From Cirrosporium novae-zelandiae (taxonomy: Eukaryota), in the NCBI GenBank assembly GCA_026023565.1, contig JAPETS010000002.1:682001-746000 (forward strand): a stretch of DNA of 64,000 nt. The letters are read 5' to 3'. The translations under genes were made by a program, and so were the position numbers. Below are positions 40,269 through 52,994 of the stretch, in pieces (the first letter of the stretch is position 1; each line of letters begins with the position of its first letter). The notes under the pieces are model-generated. The model had not been told where the DNA came from and did not search any database. It saw nothing but the letters and a program-made list of their open reading frames with translations.

Positions 40269-43200
40269 TTAACCATCTCCTACAGCGTCCACTCTAACGC
40301 CACCATCACCTTCCGTCATTGTTGTAGCCACTGTAACAACGCTATTATTTCTTTCACGCTCCCCCATTTCATCATCGCCATCTGATTGACTTTTTGAGTT
40401 TCTTGAAGGCGCAGTCGTTGCCCTTTTGAGAGGTTTGAGATTAAGGCCAATACTATTTTCATTTGTAGATGTGGATGAGGCTGAAGAAGTCGAAGGGTCC
40501 CCCGCCCCATCCCCGCCTGGAGGAGAACCATGACTGCCTGACATGATTCTCTCGAGAACTGCAACGCCGGGTTCGGCTCTTCGCTGGAATCCCCTTCGTC
40601 CAATGCTCATAGCCCCCAGTGCTGGCCTATACCTTCCATTACCTCCATTGCTACTGCCACCACCGCCACCAACTCTTTCCAACGCCCTGACTGTTAAAGC
40701 AAGTTCTCTTTCTAGCTCATCTTTGGCCTTTATATCTGTATCCCCTGATGCAGAATGCAGCTTTCTTCGATAAGCACGGAGGGTTCGACAGACCTGTTCA
40801 GTGCTCGTGTTCAGGCTTCCGAACTCCGAGATGTTACTGGCACTTTTGGTTCTTGTGCGAGGCGCCAAAGGTTGGCGACGCTTTGGATTTCCTACGGTAG
40901 CACGAGGAGAAGGAGGTGTAGGAGACCGATCACGTATGCTTTTCGCGGGGGTTTTTGCTGGAGTGAACAAGTTAGGTTGGGTGTTGGTAGGAGAACGACG
41001 ACTTGAAGGGAGAGGTGGGACAGGAGAGTTGGTGTTGAGTTTAGGTGCTTGAGCATGGAGGGAGTGTTTCGAGGTACGTTTACGTATTCGAGGCGGAGAT
41101 TGTGCTCTGGGTGTGGGTGCTCTGGGTGTGGGAGAATCTGCGCCATCATCGGGACCTTGGAAACTAGCAATTTCTGCTCGAGAAAGGATCCGGCGAATTG
41201 GTGGTCTTGATGCGGTAGGTTGGGGGGTGTTTGATCTTTCTTCCGGTTTTTCTCGCGGCTGGGGCGGCTCTTGGGGTGAAGGAGGCTTAAAAGAGAGATC
41301 CCAGATCATAATTGTGCCATCGAGCCCTGTACTAACCACATGGGATATCGAGGCGTCGCATGGTCCAAATTGCGTAGGTTCTATGAGCATTATATCACTG
41401 ACTCCTTCTGTGTGGCCAAACTCCCTGGTTAACAGAATATCCGTGTCGTAATCATATACTCGAATTGACTTATCGGTAGAAGCGACTCCAACTAGAACAT
41501 TGGAACCCGAACTAGGCCCACTTCGGGTTACTGCGAGCGAGTCCATGACCACACTATCATTACTTTCCGGGTCCGATGCTCGAAATGTATGGATATGCCG
41601 TCCAGAAGTAATATCATACTTCTGCACTTGTTTATCGGTTGTTGAAGCAATGAGCAAATCGGGTTGTTGAGGAACGATTGTCATTGACACTGGGCTTGCC
41701 TTGAAGGTAATAACCCGTAGACAAAAGTAGGCGACCGCTGATTCTTCAGCTGCCTCCCTGGTAGCACGCTGCCGTATGATAATTGTTCTATCTGAGGAGG
41801 ATGAAAGAAGTTTGTCCCCATCGTCGAGAAAAAGAAGGCCATTCACAGCGCCAACATGGTCGTCCAGAGTCTGGACTAGGTCAAACCCCTGCGTTGTTTT
41901 CTGGAATAATTGCACCATTCGATCCCTACCACTAGTCGCTACTAGGGTGGCTCCGGCCTTCTCATGAATGCTAATATCAGTAATTTCTCCTGCATGTGCT
42001 CTCACATCTGCAATCGCCATCCCATTAACGCCATTTAAGAGCCTAGAATATACATATTTAGCTCTTTAACAACCGCCTAACGTTGACAAGACTTACCTCA
42101 CAACACCATATTTATCCCCTGAAATAAAATTATCAGCCTCTGCCGTAGCCCTCAAAACTCTAAGTTCGTTAATTATATCATCATCGTTGCCTTGTAATTG
42201 ATCCACCGTAACTTGAAAGCTGCCTAGGTCATTTCCTTCTATATTCCAGAAACGAACCAATCCTCCCGAAGACCAGGTAAAAAGATCAGCCTCGAATTTG
42301 TTCGGCTTTTGCAGAGGCCTCACCCCTAGTACAGAATCTTGATGTGCAGACATTATTCGCGAGATTGATTTAATCCGCGCTCGGCCCTCATCAATGGCAA
42401 TTTCATGTATTTTAATAGAATGATCCGAATCTACTGAAATCAAATGGTCTGACATAATACCCATTGAAATCACTTTCAAAGAGGATTCTTGTGTAGCTGC
42501 ATGTAGAGATGGAGATGGAGGTGTGCTTTGTGAAACAGTTAGATTGTGAAACGGAATGGCCTGGATCTGGCCTGATTTTCCTCCTATCCATGCTTGGTTT
42601 TTAGGAGGATCGACTGCGATTGAGCTGATACTAAAACCAGCATGTGTGATAACGCTCAAACGTTGGTCACCGCTAGTATCATCAAGTAGACATATCTGAC
42701 CTTTATCGGAACAGACAATTGCTTTTTCAGAAGACAAGGCGGCGACGCAAGAAAAGCTGTCGTCGATTAATGAATTAAGGATGCAGTTTCTGCCTGCAAG
42801 GGCCCTAGGTGTTAAAGGTGAAGGCGTAGGTGTAGCTAGACTTTCTAAATTAAATCGGTGGATTTTGTTTGGTGAAATAGGAGCCATATCACCAACCCTC
42901 CAGACTTTGATGTGTCGCGTTCCCACCCTATAGAACCGCGTTAGCCAGCATTGGCAAGGGGAGGACAGTTTCCTACGTTATTAAATTGGTTCCCATCCAT
43001 GCGGCATGGCGGACGTTGGACGTGCACTTATTGGAAGAAAACAATCGTGCCGAGCCATTCTTTGCATTGATAGACCAGATGAAAAGAAAGCCATCGTTCA
43101 AGTTTCCAAGAGTAGCAAGGTACTGTGAATTGGGGCTAAAAGCAATGGCTCTCACCCCGAACGAATGGTCCATAAGAACCGAAAGCGGTATATCGGAAGC

Positions 43201-43856
43201 TGCATCAAGAGCAGTGGAAAATATCAAAACCCGAGGGTTATAACCGGTCTATTAAGGTTAGTAGAAAATTTGAGAGATCAGATGCCATTGAAGATACGTA
43301 CTTCACCAACAGCCAAATATTTGCCATCGGGACTCAACGAAACACATGTAACACTCTTAACTCTCTCCCTCGCCGTCCATGTTTTCGAGCTTGAATTATC
43401 TCCCCAGTCAGCGCCTGGCGATCCAGTCGCAGACACTCCAAATCCTGCATCTCGAAGGGAAGCGACAGTTCTATTGCGGTTTTCCGGAGTACCTGTAGGT
43501 GTAGAGGGACTATAAAAAGAAACGGTAGGATTGACGGGATTTGTTTGCGGTCTTGCCCGAAAGAACCGCTGTGAAATTTCAAGATTGTCATCTAAATGTG
43601 CTAGTATTGCTGCAGATCCTGCACACAGTGCAAAGGTTCGTTCGGAAGGTAAAGAATCGAAACCACAAGGAGAAGAAGTAGTGGTGCCGATAACCCGTCG
43701 CAAAGAAAGAGATGGTTGGTTCCAATTTGAACGGGCTTGAGACCGAGAAGGCGGTCTTCTATTAGGATAAGGAGATGTTGCGGGCGAAAGAAAAGGCCCA
43801 GAAGCATTGTTCGAAGTCGCAGGTCTCACCCTGGAGGTTGAAGGAGTGGATGCCAT
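40269..43856 (-). CDS. WD40-repeat protein, MAPKBP1/WDR62-like
   Basis: LSLRRVIGTT, CVSLSPDGKYLAVGETGYNPRV, DHSFGVRAIAFSPNS, GHTEGVSD and DGTIMIWD, followed by a Pro/Ser-rich tail with EQVCRTLRAYRRKL. Introns 43301-43249, 42976-42928 and 42096-42043. Confidence 0.88.
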
Positions 43857-44372
43857 GGCTTCATGGTCGGAGCTTCATGCGATCTGTGGATTTGAGTTGA
43901 AGGAAAGGGCATTCCAAGGCGGTGGTTGAATTTCGTTCGCAGGGTTTTGATGAAGTGAACCGAGCGAAAGTTGTAAAGGTGAAGGTGAAGGTGGAGGTGT
44001 GTAGGTGTGTGTAGGAGAAAAGGTAAACAGGCACGAATAGGGAAGGTTCGAGCGAGAGAATGTCTGATTAGGTCAATTGAAGGATGCTCATACCTTCAAT
44101 GAGCATATATGCCATTAAATATTCATGAAAGTATTTCAGGACATGATTATCGATGAACTGTTGAGTTTCGATTTTATTTTATTTTATTTTTTTATTTTTA
44201 TTTTGGACGTTGAATGGGTAGGGACTGCACGGGCTATCTCCTAAATTCTAACAGCAGCTGGTGGTCGCGTAGAATACCATGTCCATCCTTGCTTGGATGC
44301 TTGAATCCAACGCTAACTCCGATTCAGCCCCAGGTGAGTCCTTACTATGTACAGCTAGTTAACTGGCACGGT

Positions 44373-44423
44373 TGACTGACTGACTGGCCTGGCTGGCTGG
44401 CTGGTTGGCTGGTTGGCTGGTTG
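44373..44423. repeat. Compound tetranucleotide microsatellite (TGAC/TGGC/TGGT)n
   Basis: tgactgactgactggcctggctggctggctggttggctggttggctggttg. Confidence 0.85.
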
Positions 44424-44764
44424 CTTTGCACGTCATCTACACAGTCCCAACTTATCATCACCATTCCAAATATTGTCCACGTTTGACAATTCCATTCATT
44501 AAAAGTAGTGGTGATAATAACCTCCAAAATCCCAGATCCTCGGGTTTTGCTTGATATGCACCATCCCATCCTTCCCGTCTTGTGCCACATAACGCCAATG
44601 TTTAAGTGCCAGCTTTTCGTCATATCCTTGCCACGATGCTTCCATTATCCGAAACTCCAAAAGAACTGATTGTCTTCCACGAAAACGCATACGATGAATT
44701 AGACTGAATGACTGACTGACGACGATGTCAACAGTTATGTGGACCATCTAGATAAATCCGAGCA

Positions 44765-45199
44765 TCAGGTCGTGCATCGAATTCCACTCCACCGCCCGCC
44801 CATTTCGCAGAATTCCATCACAAGTTCTTTCATCCTCCTGAGGAATTCAACCGTGAGACTCGGGAAATCGTCTGGTGGTAGTTTGTTGTCATCGTCCTCA
44901 TCCTCATCTTCATCACTATCACCTTCATGATAGCCTGTATACCAGTTTGGTTCCTGGATCGACTCTGATGTGTCGGAGACTCCACTGTCTAGATAGTAAT
45001 CGCTACTGGGAGCGTTGCAGGCATGGTCGGCTGGAGTACGTGGCTCTTCAAATAAACCATAGGTAGATGAAAGCGTAGAAGATGATATTGCTTTTCGGTT
45101 TGTTGATCTGTCTGATAGAGAGGGATGGTATTGGGGTGGACAGGCAAAATCACGTATCGCTGTAGATCGAGGTGGTGAACAGCCCACACTGCGCATCAT
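44765..45199 (-). CDS. Small hypothetical protein, 144 aa, with an acidic tract
   Basis: ATG-initiated ORF with a DSDEDEDEDDD tract and an amphipathic C-terminus (EFLRRMKELVMEFCEMGGRW). No family recognised. Confidence 0.5.
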   Translation of the reverse strand: MMRSVGCSPPRSTAIRDFACPPQYHPSLSDRSTNRKAISSSTLSSTYGLFEEPRTPADHACNAPSSDYYLDSGVSDTSESIQEPNWYTGYHEGDSDEDEDEDDDNKLPPDDFPSLTVEFLRRMKELVMEFCEMGGRWSGIRCTT

Positions 45200-46076
45200 C
45201 TTGATAGATCCTTAAGCTGCTATTTTGTAAGGAATATTGAGAAATTCGATGGCAGAGAAAAATGTATGAACCAGCCTAACTAAAAAGATGGTATTATAAC
45301 GAAGGTCGGTTATGGGTGAGGGTAATCAGAAAGTGAGAAAAACATTAGGTGAGGGTCGTGGTTGCGTTTGCAATGCGACTAGTTATTTGACAACGCAAAC
45401 ACATTGTTTGTACATGATGCCATGTGAGTAAATGAAAATATCAAGAACCAGACGCTAAGAGGACCCTGACCAACAATACTAGACTTTGCATTTCTTTTAG
45501 AAAGTGCTTATATTGAAGCAGCAAACAGTCATGCTCACTTCGTACGTGTGAATATTGGTTGTAGTAGAGCTCCATGTAGCATGGTTTTTAAGGCTACTGA
45601 TTGGATTCCTTAGGTCGAACATGCGATGGCTCGAGTTGCAAGTCCCTTAAGGACGTCGAGTATGATAGCAATAATATTATGTTAACGTTCATTTGACGCC
45701 GATGACGACCTCTTTGGTCCTAGTACAAAAGGGAATATTAGGTCTAAAGCGCTGTTTAGCAGAAGCTGGAATCGTTTTGTTTCAATCCCAGAGAAGATGG
45801 CATAAGTTCGAAAAATATTTTCATTTCCTTTATACCACAAAACTCCTCCAATCCCCCACGCCGTTGTTCATACATCATTACCATAATTCTTTGAATTCTT
45901 TGTCGTCGGAATTCATGACAATAAGGCTCCTCAGTCTCAACGACCCGAGGTTAAGTACCCGCTCGTCATTTCCTAAGCACTAAAACAGTTCATTTTCGAT
46001 TCAATCCAAAACGATTTAAGTGATATTCACAAACAAGCAAGCCCGAGGTATCACTCGAGATTGCAGCAATCAACTC

Positions 46077-46702
46077 CTATGCCCTATCAGGAATGAGTCC
46101 CGACCTTGCATCACAAGCTTTTCCCAAAAGAATACATGACTGGGGAATATAAACGATGGATAAGGGGATTATAAAAGGAATAAAGAATATTACTTACAAT
46201 AAAGCCAATGTCAGATCTCCTCTGATGCTAGCTTTAAGTTCCACCTCGACTTCTAGGTTTAGATCCAGCTTTAACTTCAGACCATCTTGTTCATTAGGAT
46301 CACTTTTCTTCTTTGTTGATTGTTGCGACTGCCTATTCCGATTTCCCGACATGGGCATTTGCTGTTGTTGCTGTTGCTGCTGTGGTTGCATCTGTCCGTT
46401 TTGCGCTCCACCGTATCCCATTTGACCGTTCATGCTTGATGGTTGAAGTTGCATGCTATGTTGGGCTTGAGAGCCGGCTAGGGCTCCATTTTGCTGAACT
46501 TGAGCTCCAGATTGAGCCATCGATTGTGGTGGACGTCTAGAGCGACGTCTCCGGGCTAAAGGAGAAGAGATGATATCAGTTTCCAGTACTATAATCTACA
46601 CGGCCTATGGATGAGATTAATACCTGGTTTCTGGGGCTGGGGCTGAGGCTGAAGTTGGGATTCCGTCTCAGAGGAATAGGTTTCCTCTGCTTCAGTAGAC
46701 AT
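46077..46702 (-). CDS. Q-rich hypothetical protein with C-terminal LKLKLDLNLEVEVELKASIRGDLTLALL motif (paralog A)
   Basis: ATG 46702 gives MSTEAEETYS. Intron 46623-46556 joins in frame to the ORF at 46520-46194. Probable terminal intron 46197-46084 and 7-nt last coding exon (G GCA TAG); the unspliced stop is at 46194. Confidence 0.8.
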
Positions 46703-48293
46703 TTTTCACAGGTAAGATAACAACGGTGGGTTGCAAATAGATATACTATGGAATGTTTAGAGAGTTGAAAGTATATTGTTCAAATATGCCTGTAAATAGT
46801 GGGGGGTTCAGAGTGAGATTGCAGCACGTTGTATATGCACGATAGACAAAAACACGTCTTGAGAAAAGATTTTCGGAAACGGTGAACGGAACGAAAGCAA
46901 ATGATAGTATTGAGGGTGGCGGGGTGAATGGGAGTGTTTGAAAAGAAACCTGCTTTGAGAATTCCGACAAAATATCTCAGCCTACAAGTACATGCATAGG
47001 AGTGATAGGTGAAGAGGTAAAGGTAATAATGGCATGATGGGTACGAAAGTAATGTGGGGATGGATTTAGATTTGAGGAGATGGAATAATCCTTTCCCCCT
47101 CATACATCATTGGAACAAGGGGGGTAGTGATCACAAGTAGTCCACTCGAGTGATAAGACCAAGATTGACTTAAATGACGGGATTTAACTGTGGGCTTTGG
47201 GTTTTTGGGCTGAGGCGAAAGTATATTTTGGATGCATGGTTGGAAGGCTGGAAAGGCTGTGCTTTTCCCAAGAGCTTGTCTTTAAACGTCATACTTTACT
47301 TTAGTCCTGTCTCCACAATAACCATCCCCCCATTATCTCTTTTATTTGAAAAGTAATAATGTTGAAGTATATACTCATGGGTAAAATTAAGTGAGCGTGT
47401 CCACGTACACGATAACCCAAATGGCACTAAGTACTGGATGGATGCAGGGACAATCCCTCCTTATATTATTACACTTGAAACCAGCAAACATATGTATAAT
47501 ATATTGTGACTATGTTTTGTATTTTTTTATTACCTAGTTACGTACATATATTGTAAGTTAAAAAATCATTCTATGCTCCATCTAGATCAATCTCTCTAGC
47601 TGCCGTAATTTAGATGTTAAATCTAAGATTCTCTAAATGTCTAAGCGATCTACCAAGTAGAGGAGATGGTAGCTTGTTGCAGCTACTTTAACCGATTCCC
47701 CAACCCTACACCGCTCAAGATGGCATAGATAGCGTGACATTGAGAAACGTTTGATTCATTTCTACTGTACATGTTAAAATGCTTGATACCTGGTTTTACG
47801 GTCAGAAGTACTCGGTGATTACGCATACGCTTACCAAGTCTGGCTTAGCCTGCATTATTTATTCATGCACTATTACACGGTGCAGTTAAAATGTGACCTT
47901 TTCGGCCTCCTGGTCCCCTGTTCAATTCCCTGGAGGTGTGGTTTATTCTGCGATCACAGTGGATCGCCGAGGTGGCCCACCATTACCAATCTTAAACTAA
48001 ACATGAACTAATATTATGAGTTCATATCCATGGATCCCTAAACCACCATGAACGAATGGCGGGTTTTCTTGCGTCATATCCTCTCGAGGTCCTGTTTGAC
48101 AGCACTTCTGTCAAGTTCGGAAGCCGAATAGTTACACCTGATCAGCATCTTGGGTGTAAAATAATTCCTGCTTCTTTCATCCTACCTGCAAATGGTTATC
48201 TCATCGCTGCATTCATCCGCTTTATCAATAACTCTGCTTACCCCTCTCATTGCCCCTTATATCTTCATCATATCCATCTCTTAAAACCTCAAA

Positions 48294-49116
48294 ATGTCTG
48301 CTGAAGAAACCAACAAGACTACCGAATCCAAACTTTCTGCCGGTGCCAACGGAGCAGGTAGTGCATCATTAGCAGGAGGCATCAACGGTTCAGCATCTCG
48401 TAAGACCTCCCAGCAGACCAAGAAAACCCCACCCAAACTACGAAAGAAGTCCCAACAGCTAGACAATCAACCTGCCATCGAAGACGAGCCTCAACAACAG
48501 CCAACTCCAGAGAAATCAGATCTAGAGAGAGAACAAGCACCCGAACAATCAGACACCGCCGAACTCTCAGAACCCGAACCCGAACCTGAGCCAACCCCAG
48601 CACCTAAGAAGAAACCGCGTCGGCGTAACATGTACCAGGATAGTGACACTGACAGCACTTCTCAAGGCCAAATGGAAGCGTATCAACAATCCCAACCTAA
48701 GCCCCAGCGCAGGTCACGTACCAAGCCAAGGTATAATGGTGGAGGTGGAGGAGGTCCCATGGATGCCGTAGGCCAGGTCGGTCAGACCGTTAATGGTGTC
48801 GCTGGAGGTGCTGGAGATTTAGTCCAAAATACGGCTGGCAATGCTGTTGGACAAGTTGGTAATGCTGCTGGCGGTGTCGTTGGACAAACACATGAGGCGC
48901 TTGGTGGCTTACTCCATTCAGGCCAACCACAAGGCGGCGGCGATAAAGGCAAAGATGAACAGTTGAGATTGCGGCTTGACCTTAACCTCGACATCGAAGT
49001 TCAATTGAAAGCCAAGATACATGGTGATTTAACTCTAGGCTTATTGTAAGGAAGCCCTTCTCACATTTCCCTCCTCCAGCTACATGCTAACTGACTTTCG
49101 GTCATAAAGGAACTGA
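48294..49116 (+). CDS. Q/G-rich hypothetical protein with C-terminal LRLRLDLNLDIEVQLKAKIHGDLTLGLL motif (paralog B)
   Basis: 251-aa ORF with PE repeats and AVGQVG repeats. Probable terminal intron 49046-49109 (GTAAGG...GCTAAC...AAG) and 7-nt last coding exon (G AAC TGA). Confidence 0.85.
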
Positions 49117-49584
49117 TATTTCACAGTTCTTAATTTTACCACGAGATAATACGGTTGGATATGCGAACACGGCGTGAAAAGATTTTCGGCCTCATCGACA
49201 CGAAAATTTACGTTTGTATTATGAATGGCGTTGGGAAGTTGTCATGGCAGGACGAAGGTATGACGACAGGGTGAATGACAATATATTATGATCAAAATTT
49301 AAAGATTCTCTGTATTCTCTGTATCCCCTATTATTGTCATTGAATTAATGCACTGTAGTATGCAATGTAAACTGAGAGGAAGAATTGTTTACTTACGTCA
49401 TTAATCTGTTAAGAGCACAACTTGTAATGAGGAAGATGAGATGTCTAGTCTAGTGCCTTCACTAGTAACCCTTTAGATCCTAGCCCCTGCAAACACCTAG
49501 CCCGCTAGTGGGACTCCTTCGCCTACAAACATCTTTCACATTTCTCTTCCTCTCCTCTTCTTCTTCTTTTTTCTTTTCTTCTTT

Positions 49585-49740
49585 ATACTTACCTTGAGTC
49601 GAAAACCGCAATCAAAAAGGCGGTTCTTCAAAGGCAGAATCCTGCATTGCACAGCGCGGTGGTGATGCCTTTCGAGTAGTCTTCGGGCTCCTCGGACTCG
49701 TAATTTTTGATGGCTATCCTTTCTGTGGGTCCTTTTCATC
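49585..49740 (+). ncRNA. U1: U1 spliceosomal snRNA
   Basis: 5' ATACTTACCT (5' splice-site pairing); closing helix TGAGTC (49595)/GACTCG (49695); SL-I AACCGC-AATCAAAAAG-GCGGTT; SL-II AAAGGCA...CATTGCAC...TGCCTTT (U1A loop); SL-III with a C-TTCG-G tetraloop; Sm site AATTTTTG at 49702-49709; terminal GATG...CATC stem. The 3' end is approximate. Confidence 0.93.
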
Positions 49741-50345
49741 ATCCTTCCCGCTTTATGCGGGAGTCTGAAGAAGAGAGCTGGTTAATATATGTGCGTTTGA
49801 ATGATGTTCGAGGGAGGTATGGTCAAATTAAAATAATCAGTAGCTGGTGAAGTTGATAACGCAGGTTGACTTACTTTTGTTATGAGGTAGGCCTTTTCAT
49901 TGTATTACTTGACTTGGACTGATTAGCATTTCCATCCCTTATTCTCAAAATTAAAGCCATCCAGTTATATTAATGTACATTCAATATCCTGTCTTTCTAA
50001 TACAAATGATGGTCACTACTGTACTGATTCATAAACTACGGGAGTTGTGGATGATTCCCACGTCTGCCACGCAATTGGCAAGAACGACTCTCATAGACGT
50101 CTCTAGGAGAGATACCTATATAAGTGGTTACTTCCTGTTGGACAGACATGCCCTCTTCTTGAAAAGTGTCTTCTTTTCAGATAATCTCTCCAGTTTACAT
50201 CAGTTCAATGTACAAAGCAAAGGCCTTTTACGCTTCACAACTTCGTCAATCCCCTGTGGTACGAGCTGGCTTGTTATCCCCCCCCCTCTCTTGCTGGAGC
50301 CGCTACACAATATCCCTTGATATCGTTATAACTTTGAATACAGAT

Positions 50346-52575
50346 ATGATGTCAATAAAGTCTAAGGTAAGTGCCCCGGCCGCTTTCTAACCGTTTTCAC
50401 CTTTTTCATGCTGATAGAGACTTGACTGAAAAGGAGCAGATTGTTCCCAAGGCTTCAAACCATTTTTGCCTTGATCGACGTAGACAAACAAGGAGCGAAC
50501 CAGTATTTAATGGCTCACCAATGAGCCTTTGCTCCGACGCGCCCGGTTATGAGCCTCCATTATCCAAGGAATCTACCACTCGTTCTACTGTAGTCAGAAT
50601 TTCGAGCGAAGACTCCAATCGAAGCGAGGATATTCGTCGTCTATTCAAGGGGAGTCGAGCTAAATTGGGTACAACTATTATCGTTCCTAAGGGTGAGGGT
50701 TCTCCTAAGCAAGAAGAACTAGTTGAGGGTCGACTATCATACAGCGCTGCCGAATTAATAGGAATTGGAAGAGCATACCACAGCAGAATTGGACCAGGAC
50801 AGAGGCCGAGAAGATTCGATCGTATACTTGAAGAGTTCATGGGCACGGATTTACCAAAAGGGACAGCACGAAAGGATCCAACCTTGAAATTGACATTAGG
50901 GAATGCTAATTGGAGATACCCAACCCCTTCGGAGGTAGCCCATAGTGCTAGCCTATTAACAAAGCCGAATTTTGATCCAGCCATTGTCGACTTTGCCCCG
51001 GCTCCAACCCCAGCCCCAGCCCTAGCCCCATTTCCAAGTTTAAACCCTGCCGCTACTTCTTTTGCTCCTGCATCGATCCCGTCAATGGCCTCGACATGGC
51101 CTCCGTCAGGATCATCTGCTACAACTCGTGCTTCTGAGGAGGGCTTCCCAGAGGATTTAGATGATACTACGGATCTCGGTTTAGGCTATTTATCGCAGCA
51201 GACAGGGATACCGCGGCACAAGCTCAAGAAGATGGTCAGAACCTTGCAATACCAAACTCGTTTAGTTAAGGAAGGTAAGACTCTACGAAAGGACGGTGGG
51301 GATCCATCCAAGAGCTCTACCAAATTAAAGGATATCAAAAACGAAGTCGAAGGAGAACGGGAAAAAGATATCAAGAATAGGCCTACTCCTACTACAGTTG
51401 GACCAGCCATTCAATCACAAGATGAATTCTTGCCACCCTTACCATTCACTACTATCGGTTGGGCAACACCACAACATCTAGCCAGCTTAACAGGATCAAG
51501 TCCCCCAGGAGCGATGGCGGAACATCTAGCAAGGTTAACAGCTCTGACTCATCCGGAATTATATCCGAACATGCATCTTCCAATCCAGCCATATCCTGAG
51601 ATGAGGGAAAATCTCGACAATATTGAGACAATAAGAGAGCAACAAAGAATGATTGCGGCTCATATTGCCAGCCTGTCTAGACAGTTGTCTAAGGGTAACT
51701 CACAGGCACGACCGCCGATTCCGTCTTTTGAGCCTCCACCACAGCCTCCAATGTACAGTACTATTCCTCCTCTCTTTGACTCAACAGTAGATCCCATGTT
51801 TTGCACGTTTCCAGGCAAGATTGGTCGGAGAGATTTAGACCATCAACCACACTTGTTGCCAACCATTACTGAGTCTCTGCCTTCCATATCTCTATCTCGT
51901 TCAGACACACTCCATTTCTGTAGCTTGGAGGCCTCCAACCCACCTTTACTTGGCAAAGAGATACAAATATGTGATGACTCGAACCGTAAATATGGGTCTG
52001 AGATTCCATCAACTCATGCGCAAAAAAACAAATCGGGTCGAGGCAAGATAGTTGATTGGGATAAGATAGGTCACTCAAGAAATAGTGCGGCAAAGCCCTC
52101 GGTGACCGCAATGAATATACCCTTGGGCTCATCCGAAGTTGCAGAAAGCTCTTTCAATAGCGATTCTATGCGTGATAGCAGCCAAAATTTTGAATCTTGG
52201 ACTATTATATCTAAACCGGACTCGAGAAAGTCACGATCTAAGACTAGCCTATCGGAAGGTAGTATTGCGACCTCGACCACACGTACGCCATCGGAAGGGT
52301 ATCAACGGACAAGTAAATCGAGGTCTACGAGGGCTAGCGAAAGTACGGAGAGTACCCTTCCGTCTATTCCCGAAGATTCTTCGAACGACACCGAGGAAAC
52401 ATTCCGGGACCTGCTTGAGATGCATCTGAAGAGGCTTCAGACCCTAGAGCAAGGTCTTGAGGAGCATTCACATTTATTGATGACCCAAGCCAAGGCCTTA
52501 GCTCTCAGAGCAGATGTAATTTCCAAGGAAAGACGCAAGCTTGGGAAAGGGTTTGATCGCTTGCAAAAAAATTGA
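50346..52575 (+). CDS. Hypothetical Pro/Ser-rich, largely disordered protein (~720 aa) with a C-terminal coiled coil
   Basis: 2.2-kb open frame. Plausible start ATG 50346 with intron 50367-50439 joining in frame. C-terminal heptads LEMHLKRLQTLEQGLEEHSHLL. Confidence 0.7.
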
Positions 52576-52994
52576 TACATTTGGGACACCCGATGTGTTA
52601 ACAGACAAGATAATGGATTATGAATTATGGATCATGGGCTATGTTATGGGAATAAAAGGAAAAATAACTGCGGTTCCTGTTTTGCCCGGTATTTTTGTGC
52701 CTGCTGTTTTGTGAATGTCTTTTCTTCAAAGGCATTAGGATTTGTATAACATGGATGTCTCGGACTGCGCTATACTGCTCTTATTCATTATGATAACAGG
52801 AGCAGCCCCCTTGTCATGAAGGAGAATTGAATTTGAATTTTGTGCAAGTAGTATATTTGATAAATATTTTTTTTTTCTTCCTTCAGGGTATAATATATCC
52901 TTCTTTCCATCATCCCCTAGTTTTAATTATATATATAGAATTAACCGAGGCCAAAGGAACTAGAAAACCCATTGGATCCCTAGCCCAAGGCCGT

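Noticed and set aside
49536..49742. 68-aa basic minus-strand ORF
   Set aside because: It is antisense to the U1 snRNA, and the Lys/Arg run comes from the upstream pyrimidine tract.
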